Source of the DNA: Candidatus Jordarchaeia archaeon
GTDB taxonomy: Archaea > Asgardarchaeota > Jordiarchaeia > Jordiarchaeales > Jordiarchaeaceae
NCBI GenBank assembly: GCA_029856435.1
Contig: JAHQXB010000022.1
Location: 25 to 24,024, forward strand
Reading direction: 5' to 3'
Length of the DNA stretch: 24,000 nt
Position numbers and translations under genes: made by a program. Under the pieces are notes generated by a model. It was not told the DNA's origin and did no database searches. It worked only from the letters and a program-made list of their open reading frames with translations. This document shows, piece after piece, positions 18,301 to 24,000 of the stretch (its first letter is position 1; each line of letters begins with the position of its first letter).

Positions 18301-18465
18301 TTCGTTAGATTTCTCCAAGAAGGACTTCTCGCCAGTAGCCCTATACATGAGGATATAACAGTTCAGAAGATAGGCCCTGTCTCTAATGGTCGCAGGTTCC
18401 ACCGTCAAAACGTTCTGGATAATGTTAGAAAGTAATTCACATAAGGGCCTTCCGCTAAATAACAT
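15400..18465 (-). CDS. HerA/FtsK-superfamily ATPase with unusual N- and C-terminal extensions (1021 aa)
   Basis: Walker A 'GHRGSGKS', Walker B 'VTWLMIDEAH', 'GRKPGCGLVLVTQQPSATDSRILSQLD' and 'IPVGMTIVSD' typical of HerA-like ATPases. About 250 aa N-terminal helical extension and a Pro-rich linker plus C-terminal helical module. Confidence 0.88.
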   Translation of the reverse strand: MLFSGRPLCELLSNIIQNVLTVEPATIRDRAYLLNCYILMYRATGEKSFLEKSNETAEGLISLQSNSGAWLSSRGEIDGEATATIVHAFRSLLAESGSDKIQKSLQAALEFALFQKSLDLEIAKILFEGFMYNEDDKFLDNMVELISSIDINKRVEVFLLLLMATESMEYLEKALKAVKPLGRLSAQETADFLLWSLSSFDKEKYPKQPKLRRYIAEQIGFKSLKDYWQALAYIIGEASVINSERVNIVDTPKIVDSPLNVLRDSLGESVILGRTKSTQAKLGCRGTFYIGCVGERTSKDVNLLGCKVLLDGVKPHVIFISGHRGSGKSYTMGVIAEELAESRLGIATIIVDPMGIFWSMKYPNWDEKELEALEKWNLTPKGFDNVRVFIPIGFYDRVPEQTRDMPFSLRPSELTADDWCHTFGIDRFGALGLLTEQVIDRVKKGYRATIDDQEVDVPAKGNDYSLEDLIKCVETCSDIISEDKGFRRDTRRALVARFSSANQWGIFSAKGTSLTQLAVPNQVSVIDVSHIDDSLRALIIGILARRILKVRAQIARREEAAQLGEATEEKVEAEIPVTWLMIDEAHLLAPSKGATAASEPLVEYAKLGRKPGCGLVLVTQQPSATDSRILSQLDVLITHYLSYEPDITAFTKRSPAEVPIEIKDSGFIRNIPVGMTIVSDESITSNRALVVKIRPRLSQHSGREALPKIIGELTAIAPKKVATPEIEKTVEEIGSTPEKETETLEALEELIEEERVEVSPDISIPAPPVLSLPTDLASDYLKRVLEYRFYDHLYPAPKMEGVAESIVTQGRGGEAVREIYTKLREDGWQTEIDATKSVPVVLASKEKSRLAVGIVETEENTVIGVSSTSALKNEATGIVTTIKEIVRGLKAAPRRPRPKPLIKETTVREEPPELTSPLPVPRISAEESVEPEISKPVSEPEVSKPVGEPVSVKPLEEAGEEKLSGKEKRQEEILRQIEKFQKYLRSLHEYFELGRMSEDEYVFLKRKAFEKIEQLRRSLIE
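15620..15673 (-). repeat. two tandem 27-bp units encoding a 9-aa repeat in the HerA C-terminal linker
   Basis: ggttcgcctaccggcttactaacttct / ggttcgcttactggtttactaatttcc. Encodes EPEISKPVS-EPEVSKPVG, followed by a decayed EPVSVKPLE. Confidence 0.8.
17479..17502 (-). other. Walker A motif (GHRGSGKS) of the HerA-like ATPase
   Basis: Residues 322-329 of the translated ORF. Confidence 0.9.
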
Positions 18466-18508
18466 AATCGCTTCCCCTCAAATTTCCAAGTAGAAAAAGG
18501 GAAGAGTT

Positions 18509-19120
18509 TCAGAGTTCTTCTTTCAATTTCTTAATGTCTTTTTCCAGTTCCTCAATCTTCCCGCTCGGTGCAGAAGGAAGCTTTACACCAGTCTCCACAC
18601 CGATTTCTTGGTCAATCTCGGAAATAGTTGCCGCAACCTCTTGGGATGTCACCTCAGTGGAAACCGTCATTCTCTCCATTCCCGCCTCAGCAACATCCTG
18701 AGCCACGTCAAAATCCTGCATAGTTCCATCTATTTCCTCAACCATTTGGGCTATGTCTGGCAAGTTAACTGCCCCCTTAAGCCCATTAAGAGCGGATCTT
18801 ATGCCTGATAGGGTGCTGGCAACATCATAAATGGACTCGCTCTGACGAAGCCTAACCACCATGCCTTGAATCCTGAGACGGTAGGCGTCTGTTGCTAGAG
18901 CCCACTTTGAATACCTTACATAGTGTTCGGCATACATTTTAGCTGCTTCTGTGTTTCCCCTAAGCCGGTACTTCTTGGCTTCCTCTCGGTTTTTTCTAGA
19001 CTCTCTCTCTAGCTGTTTTTTCTGATATTCAAGCTTGCGGGTGAACACTTCAAGTTTGTAAATAACATCTTTAATTTTAGGCCCACCCTTAAGCCAACTC
19101 ACAAACTTTTTTAGCGGCAT
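18509..19120 (-). CDS. ESCRT-III-like (CdvB-like) protein B
   Basis: Best start is ATG at 19120 ('MPLKKFVSWLKGG'). Basic helical hairpin 'KLEVFTRKLEYQKKQLERESRKNREEAKKYRLRGNTEAAKMYAEHYVRYSKWALATDAYRLRIQGMVVRL', then 'LPDIAQMVEEIDGTMQDFDVAQDVAEAGME', C-terminal MIM1-like 'IEELEKDIKKLKEEL'. Confidence 0.7.
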   Translation of the reverse strand: MPLKKFVSWLKGGPKIKDVIYKLEVFTRKLEYQKKQLERESRKNREEAKKYRLRGNTEAAKMYAEHYVRYSKWALATDAYRLRIQGMVVRLRQSESIYDVASTLSGIRSALNGLKGAVNLPDIAQMVEEIDGTMQDFDVAQDVAEAGMERMTVSTEVTSQEVAATISEIDQEIGVETGVKLPSAPSGKIEELEKDIKKLKEEL

Positions 19121-19450
19121 ATAAATTACACCAATAAACTCTTGATATATCCTATATAAGAAAATTGAGAAGGAAGCATATAACACTTTCTTAATGTGCA
19201 TTTGAGACCTTGTCGTAAGTATGTGGTTTGTTGACATGGTATGTGTGCAGGTTTAGCCATTCTTACCATTTTTTGGGCCTATTTGGAAGGAAGCCCTGTT
19301 AAGCCTCCTTTTTTTGAGAGGATCAAACGATTACGCATAGAAGAGAAGCTACATACTTAAGACGAGGTCCCTGTGCATTTTTTCCCCTCAAAACCGTTCC
19401 ACTTCCCATGTTTCTGGACTAAATTTGAAAATTTTAAATCACTCATAAAA

Positions 19451-19496
19451 GCTTCGAAGCGTTTAAAGCAAACATATAATCGCTTCGTCTAAACGC
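19451..19496. repeat. clustered inverted repeats between ESCRT-III-like gene B and trmY
   Basis: Perfect palindrome GCTTCGAAGC (19451-19460), inverted pair CGAAGCG (19455-19461)/CGCTTCG (19481-19487), and inverted pair GCGTTTA (19459-19465)/TAAACGC (19490-19496). Confidence 0.7.
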
Positions 19497-19535
19497 AAAT
19501 TGTGAAAGGCACTTAGCTTTTTTCATAGTACTAGA

Positions 19536-20147
19536 TTATTTTTTCTTCTTAATAACTCGGTTTAGCTTTTCTTGAATGAGAGATATGCAGTGGCTTCCCA
19601 AGTATTCTTTGGGCCCCAAACTTATTGGTTTAATTCCCATTTCCACTAGGTATTTAATGTCATTTTGATTTAGTCCTATATGATCTCCTAGTATAAATGT
19701 GAGTTGCGGCCTTTTCAAATTTGGAAATCCGCTCAAAACCTCGTTAATATTTTTACCTGCACGGTGTAGAAAGTAGGTTTCAGATTCGCAAAGCTTTTCC
19801 TCCACTATGTCTTGGAAGCCTTTATTCATTAATTTAAACCCCGAAACAGTATCTGGTGTTTTCTCGGGGTCTAATAGCTCTTTTAGTATTAAGGCGACTT
19901 TTAGTTCGTCCCTTGGTAAATTCTCAATTTTTTCACCGTTGACCTCAACTGTGATTGAAGGCCTTGGTGGGCCTTCTAGCACAGCGTAAAATATCGTGTC
20001 TGGTCTGTGGCCCTCCGACAGAAGGAGAGAGGAGAGAATACATCTACACACTACGTCTAATCTTCCTGAAGTGCCCGGCAGGTCTTTTATGGTGAATTTA
20101 TTATCGGTGCGGGCAGTGCTGGCTTTAAGAATGAATATCCTTTTCAA
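19536..20147 (-). CDS. trmY: tRNA (pseudouridine(54)-N(1))-methyltransferase TrmY-like
   Basis: 'RIFILKASTARTDNKFTIKDLPGTSGRLDVVCRCILSSLLLS', 'FILGDHIGLNQNDIKYLVEMGIKPISLGPKEYLGSHCISLIQ' typical of the DUF358/TrmY SPOUT family. Confidence 0.87.
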   Translation of the reverse strand: MKRIFILKASTARTDNKFTIKDLPGTSGRLDVVCRCILSSLLLSEGHRPDTIFYAVLEGPPRPSITVEVNGEKIENLPRDELKVALILKELLDPEKTPDTVSGFKLMNKGFQDIVEEKLCESETYFLHRAGKNINEVLSGFPNLKRPQLTFILGDHIGLNQNDIKYLVEMGIKPISLGPKEYLGSHCISLIQEKLNRVIKKKK

Positions 20148-20158
20148 AAGGCCTTCAC

Positions 20159-21142
20159 CTAAAGACTAATTAGCGCTTCGTAAATCATTTTAATCGCTAT
20201 AAGGATCATAGCTGAGCCAAAGATTTTTCGAAGAAGTTGGGAGCTCAGTTTCAAAGTTATTCTACAACCTATCTGCGCTCCGATTATCGCTCCTATTATC
20301 ATAACAATTCCCACCGGCCAATCTACCTGTCCTAGCATGGCGTGTTCAAAGGTTGCGAAGGCTGATGTAAAAATTATCATAAACATTGATGTGGCCACTG
20401 TGATAATCATAGGAACTCCCAAGATAATATTCATTACAGGCACTTGAACTATACCCCCACCTATTCCAAGCAGACCCGAAGAAAGTCCCGCTAAAAAGGA
20501 GAACGCCAGACCTAAAGGTAAGTTTATTGAGTACTCGTAGTTTTCGCCACTGCCCGTTTTAATTTTTCTTTTCCAAATCAAAACGCTTTTTATTAACTTT
20601 CTTTCCTCTTTGAGGGGTTCTTGATAAACAAAAGGATTTTGATTTTGCTTCTTTAAAATCATATTAATTCCTATGATTGTTAACACGATACCAAAGATTA
20701 ATTGGAGTATCCCCTCCCGAACCAATCCAGTCAAAAAAGCTCCTAGAAAAGCTCCAGGAATCGAAGTTGTAACTAAAGCTAAACCCAGTTTGAAATCTAT
20801 AACCCTTTTAACACCATATCCTAAGGTGGCGGAAAACGAGGTAAACATTATAACGAATAAGCTAGTTCCTATGGCTACATTTATTGTCTCATTTGCCAAA
20901 TAATTTATTATTGGAACATTCAAGAATCCACCTCCCACGCCTAACATGGCCGCTATTATCCCCGTAAAAACTGTTACTCCACCGAGCAACAGATACGGCC
21001 ACCATTCGCCACTGTTACTATTCAGTAAAAGGAACCATAGCCACCAGTCCAAAATATCATCTCCAATCAGATACTTAATAACAGCGACGTAGTATAAAAT
21101 AGTTTCTAGCCTCCATTTGGCCTTTTCATCATTTTTACCCAA
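20159..21142 (-). CDS. TauE/SafE-family sulfite/anion exporter permease
   Basis: Multiple TM helices with duplicated family-like motifs: 'GIIAAMLGVGGGFLNVPIINYLANETINVAIGTSLFVI' and 'GLSSGLLGIGGGIVQVPVMNIILGVPMIITVATSMFMI'. Confidence 0.9.
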   Translation of the reverse strand: MGKNDEKAKWRLETILYYVAVIKYLIGDDILDWWLWFLLLNSNSGEWWPYLLLGGVTVFTGIIAAMLGVGGGFLNVPIINYLANETINVAIGTSLFVIMFTSFSATLGYGVKRVIDFKLGLALVTTSIPGAFLGAFLTGLVREGILQLIFGIVLTIIGINMILKKQNQNPFVYQEPLKEERKLIKSVLIWKRKIKTGSGENYEYSINLPLGLAFSFLAGLSSGLLGIGGGIVQVPVMNIILGVPMIITVATSMFMIIFTSAFATFEHAMLGQVDWPVGIVMIIGAIIGAQIGCRITLKLSSQLLRKIFGSAMILIAIKMIYEALISL

Positions 21143-21218
21143 AAGTTTTTGAGGATAAAAATAAATACTCCCTTATGCGTAGTTTGGACTAGTTAAAAAA
21201 GTAAAAAGAAGTGATGCC

Positions 21219-21494
21219 TTGCCAAAAAAACGTAAGAGCCGTGGAAGAGCCAAAGGAGACGCTGGGAAAAAAGCAAGAGTTCAATGCAGTATGTGCGGTA
21301 AACTGGTTCCTCGCGATAAAGCCAAGAAGGTAACTAGATACACAACTGTTGTTGATCCCATGATAAGCCGAGAATTGAGACAGCAGGGAGCCTACATTCC
21401 AAGAACTAAGGAAATCAAAATGTACTGCATTAATTGCGCCGTTCACAGAAACGTGGTTCGAGTCAGATCAAAGGAAGAGAGGAAATCCCGCTAA
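21219..21494 (+). CDS. rps26e: ribosomal protein S26e (eS26)
   Basis: 'MPKKRKSRGRAKGDAGKKARVQCSMCGKLVPRDKAKKVTRYTTVVDPMISRELRQQGAYIPRTKEIKMYCINCAVHRNVVRVRSKEERK', CxxC...CxxC zinc motif. TTG start. Confidence 0.93.
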   Translation: MPKKRKSRGRAKGDAGKKARVQCSMCGKLVPRDKAKKVTRYTTVVDPMISRELRQQGAYIPRTKEIKMYCINCAVHRNVVRVRSKEERKSR

Positions 21495-21552
21495 ATAAGA
21501 AGAAATGATGCCTCCATTAACTTCTGATTAGACCCGTTACGGGAGGAAGATT

Positions 21553-22437
21553 TTGTTTGATTTAGTGGTTATTGGGCATATTGCAAAAGATACTATAATC
21601 CGGGAGGGTGCCAAGACCCACTCTATTGGGGGAGCTCCCTATTACGCGGGTATAGCGGCTAGAAAAATGGGGGGAAATGTGGGTATAGTTTCCAAGATAG
21701 GTGCAGATCTCGATAATTCCTCCCTATCTGTTTTCAATGAAATGGGAATCCAAACTTGTATTAGAAGGACCAAGGGTTTAACTACCAGCTTTGAGCTTGA
21801 ATACCTAAAAGACTCAAGAAAACTAACACTGAAACAGGCGTGTGAGCCAATTTTATTTGAAGAAGTTCCAAAACGTTTTTTAAATTCTCGTTCCATTCTC
21901 CTCAGTCCTATTGCAGGGGAAATTTCCCCAATCTTCGTGGAGAAACTATATAGAGAAACAGATTCTCTCATTGCGGCTGACGCGCAAGGTTTCGTTCGAA
22001 GGTTCGATAGTAAAGGAATCACGCAGTTTGCTTTCTGGGAGGACGCGGGAAGGATTCTCCCCCTACTGGACATTGTCAAGTTTTCCAAGCGTGAGGCATT
22101 AACAGCCATGAACTGTGATAGTATAGACAAGGCTGCCCAGAAAATTTTGAATTTCGGTCCGGAAATAGTTATAATAACACTCGGCGATGAGGGAGTCGTA
22201 ATTAGGGGCAAAGAAAACCTTTTCATTAAACCAAAAACTCTGCCGAAAAGGGTGTTGGAAACCACCGGCGCAGGAGACATATTCCTTGGAGTGTTCCTCT
22301 TGGAGTATGCACTCACAAAAGATGTGGCAAATTCTGGAAACATTGCAACAATCGCGGCTACAAAATCTACCGAGACAACAGGGTTATCCCGATTTGTGAC
22401 AAGAGATACAATTGAAAAGGACATTCAAAAATTTTAA
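21553..22437 (+). CDS. PfkB-family carbohydrate/nucleoside kinase
   Basis: N-terminal 'VVIGHIAKDTI...SIGGAPYYAGIAARKMGGNVGIVSKIGAD' and PfkB signature 'ETTGAGDIFLGVFLLEYALT'. TTG start. Confidence 0.9.
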   Translation: MFDLVVIGHIAKDTIIREGAKTHSIGGAPYYAGIAARKMGGNVGIVSKIGADLDNSSLSVFNEMGIQTCIRRTKGLTTSFELEYLKDSRKLTLKQACEPILFEEVPKRFLNSRSILLSPIAGEISPIFVEKLYRETDSLIAADAQGFVRRFDSKGITQFAFWEDAGRILPLLDIVKFSKREALTAMNCDSIDKAAQKILNFGPEIVIITLGDEGVVIRGKENLFIKPKTLPKRVLETTGAGDIFLGVFLLEYALTKDVANSGNIATIAATKSTETTGLSRFVTRDTIEKDIQKF

Positions 22438-22495
22438 GAGGTTTGAATTTCTCTAATCAAAAACTGTGGTTTGCCAATCTACGAAGAATGGGAAG

Positions 22496-22795
22496 GTGAA
22501 CTATGTGATACAGGTAGAACAGATAAAGATTGGAAACGTTTCCTGTCTTGGTCTAAAAGTTGATTTAAAACCTGCTCCCCTTATCCTCATAATCGGTGAG
22601 AAAGGCTTCTTGTCATGTGGCTTTCTTAATGTCGAAGTTGCAGAGAAACTTGGAGTTGCAGCAGCAGTGGTGACTGGAGTAAAAACTTTTGAGGATTTAC
22701 TAAATGGAGAAGTAAAAGGCCTTACTACCAAAGCCGAAAAAATGGGAGTAAAGGCTGGCCAAAAAGGCGTAGAGGCTATGAGTAAATTAGTATAA
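22496..22795 (+). CDS. DUF1805 (YunC-like) family protein
   Basis: 'VSCLGLKVDLKPAPLILIIGEKGFLSCGFLNVEVAEKLGVAAAVVTGVKTFEDLLNGEV' pattern. GTG 22496 fits the family N-terminus better than the upstream 22466 start. Confidence 0.75.
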   Translation: MNYVIQVEQIKIGNVSCLGLKVDLKPAPLILIIGEKGFLSCGFLNVEVAEKLGVAAAVVTGVKTFEDLLNGEVKGLTTKAEKMGVKAGQKGVEAMSKLV

Positions 22796-22872
22796 TTATT
22801 ATCTTGCAATACACAGAATCGAATTCTGGTTTTCCTAAAAACCATTTTTTTCAACAACTTTTCCAGAAATAC

Positions 22873-24000
22873 CTACTTCGATGGTTGTATATTTCCCAAA
22901 ATACCGAAGGCCGGGCATCCCGCTATGAATACTCCTCTGTCCCTATATCTCTCCGCGCAGTCTCCTATAACATAGGTTCTGCCCTCCATTTTTTGGGGCA
23001 GCCTTACGTCTCGGCCAATAATGAGGTTAATTTTTCCTATTTTTTCTATGAGGCCATGTTTTCCTAACCTATCAAGCTCCACTCTTGTCCAAGCCAGGCA
23101 ACCTTCATGGCATGCGCATCCAACATAGACCTCCACATTTGGATAAACGCCCATCACATCCGCTAAAGGCCTCTTAAAATACCTACGAACTTCACTGATG
23201 TTCGCTCCCTTCACTTCGATTCTGTCAAGGTTCATTTCTCCCAATCCTTGGATGGCGGCGAGTCTTAAATGAGCAATTTCTTGGGGATCAAAACCCATAA
23301 TACTTGAGGCCACAGCATCCACGGCCACCAAATCTTCCCCGGCGATGACAACTCCCATTTTTACCGAGTTCCCATAGGTTGGCCCCTGCCCCTCTAATGC
23401 GATCAAGCCATCAATTATTGCCAAGTCTGGTTTAGCTGCAAGAGTCACATCCACCACTTTTTGGTGAATGTCTGTCCTATGATAAATCTGCTTCTCCTCA
23501 GGGGACAGCAGTCCGATTTGATTCTTAATGGCTAAACTAACTCCACACATCGTATGCGTCTTTAATTTTGGTACAGTTATAAACTTGTCACAGTCCAGCA
23601 ACTTTTTGGGAAGTTTAACTGTATTCATCAACTTCGCCTTTGGAAACTTTACCTCCACATATTCCTCTTCGTCTAAGTAAACAGCCTCCGCTTCCTCTTC
23701 TTCCACCACTTTTTTTGTTCCAGTTACCTCGAAAGCCCTCCTAGATTTGTAAATAAAAACTGGAGCGTCTCCAACCATTATTTGGCTGGCGCCCGCCTCC
23801 TTAACTAGTTTAATTACTGCCCTAACCACTTCTGGGTCGGTGACTGTACCGGATTCTCTTGGGAGGGGTACAACTAGGTTGGGTTTGATAAAAACTTTAT
23901 CCCCTCTTTTTACAACTTTTTTGATTCCGCCAATCATGTCTACAGCTTCTCGAACAGCCTCAGCCACTGTTTCACCCTTCACCAAAGATACTACGGTCAT
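22873..24000 (-). CDS. DUF362 domain-containing protein
   Basis: 'DKVFIKPNLVVPLPRESGTVTDPEVVRAVIKLVKEAGASQIMVGD', 'CDKFITVPKLKTHTMCGVSLAIKNQIGLLS', 'AVDAVASSIMGFDP'. Apparent ATG at the window edge; may extend beyond it. Confidence 0.85.
   Translation of the reverse strand: MTVVSLVKGETVAEAVREAVDMIGGIKKVVKRGDKVFIKPNLVVPLPRESGTVTDPEVVRAVIKLVKEAGASQIMVGDAPVFIYKSRRAFEVTGTKKVVEEEEAEAVYLDEEEYVEVKFPKAKLMNTVKLPKKLLDCDKFITVPKLKTHTMCGVSLAIKNQIGLLSPEEKQIYHRTDIHQKVVDVTLAAKPDLAIIDGLIALEGQGPTYGNSVKMGVVIAGEDLVAVDAVASSIMGFDPQEIAHLRLAAIQGLGEMNLDRIEVKGANISEVRRYFKRPLADVMGVYPNVEVYVGCACHEGCLAWTRVELDRLGKHGLIEKIGKINLIIGRDVRLPQKMEGRTYVIGDCAERYRDRGVFIAGCPAFGILGNIQPSK

Noticed and set aside
15411-18808. Plus-strand ORFs 15411..15641, 15749..16009, 15960..16157, 16181..16372, 18114..18308, 18167..18358 and 18608..18808
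   Set aside because: Antisense shadows of the HerA-like and ESCRT-III-like genes.
13614-19120. Interpretation of the cluster as a classical HerA-NurA end-resection module
   Set aside because: No NurA nuclease, Mre11 or Rad50 gene is adjacent, and the neighbours look ESCRT-III-like.
13614-19120. Interpretation of the cluster as an anti-phage defence system such as HerA-SIR2/DUF4297
   Set aside because: No SIR2, nuclease or other effector domain is recognisable, and the locus is flanked mainly by core genes. It cannot be fully excluded because the 345-aa protein is unassigned.
19121-19237. N-terminal 39-aa extension of the ESCRT-III-like ORF (start 19237)
   Set aside because: 'MSTNHILTTRSQMHIKKVLYASFSIFLYRIYQEFIGVIY' is unlike ESCRT-III N-termini. 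ATG 19120 gives a canonical basic N-terminus. A membrane-anchored isoform is possible but unsupported.
1-24000. CRISPR array, tRNA or rRNA genes
   Set aside because: No regularly spaced direct repeats, no cloverleaf/TPsiC-like (GGTTCRANTCC) elements and no rRNA-like segments were seen on reading. A tRNAscan/Infernal run would settle this.

Overview
This window looks like an archaeal chromosomal segment, probably from the TACK/Bathyarchaeia side. That placement is inferred from gene content and was not tested. Housekeeping genes I can support: pheA (chorismate mutase/prephenate dehydratase), cofG and cofH (F420 precursor synthesis), a class II glutamine amidotransferase, a GlmU-like sugar-1-phosphate nucleotidyltransferase/acyltransferase, psmA, a TrmY-like methyltransferase, a TauE/SafE permease, rps26e, a PfkB-family kinase, a DUF1805-like protein and a DUF362-like protein. 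The most unusual content is a set of eukaryote-like membrane-remodelling components. The core is a tight minus-strand cluster (13614-19120): ESCRT-III/CdvB-like protein B, a 1021-aa HerA/FtsK-like ATPase with a possible toroid-like N-terminus, a 345-aa all-helical orphan, and a second Snf7-like protein A. Both ESCRT-III-like proteins end in MIM1-like motifs. Nearby are a convergent B-box-like zinc finger protein with a PH/GRAM-like segment, whose C-terminal SHOCT-like module resembles that of the HerA protein; an MIT-like protein at 8882-9502; and a longin-like plus coiled-coil protein at 991-3048. My leading hypothesis is an ESCRT-III system coupled to a DNA-pumping ATPase, analogous to FtsK/FtsZ coupling or a DNA/vesicle export device. 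A decayed, possibly transposase-derived ORF lies at the left end, and palindrome-rich intergenic regions sit near 10.65 kb and 19.46 kb.
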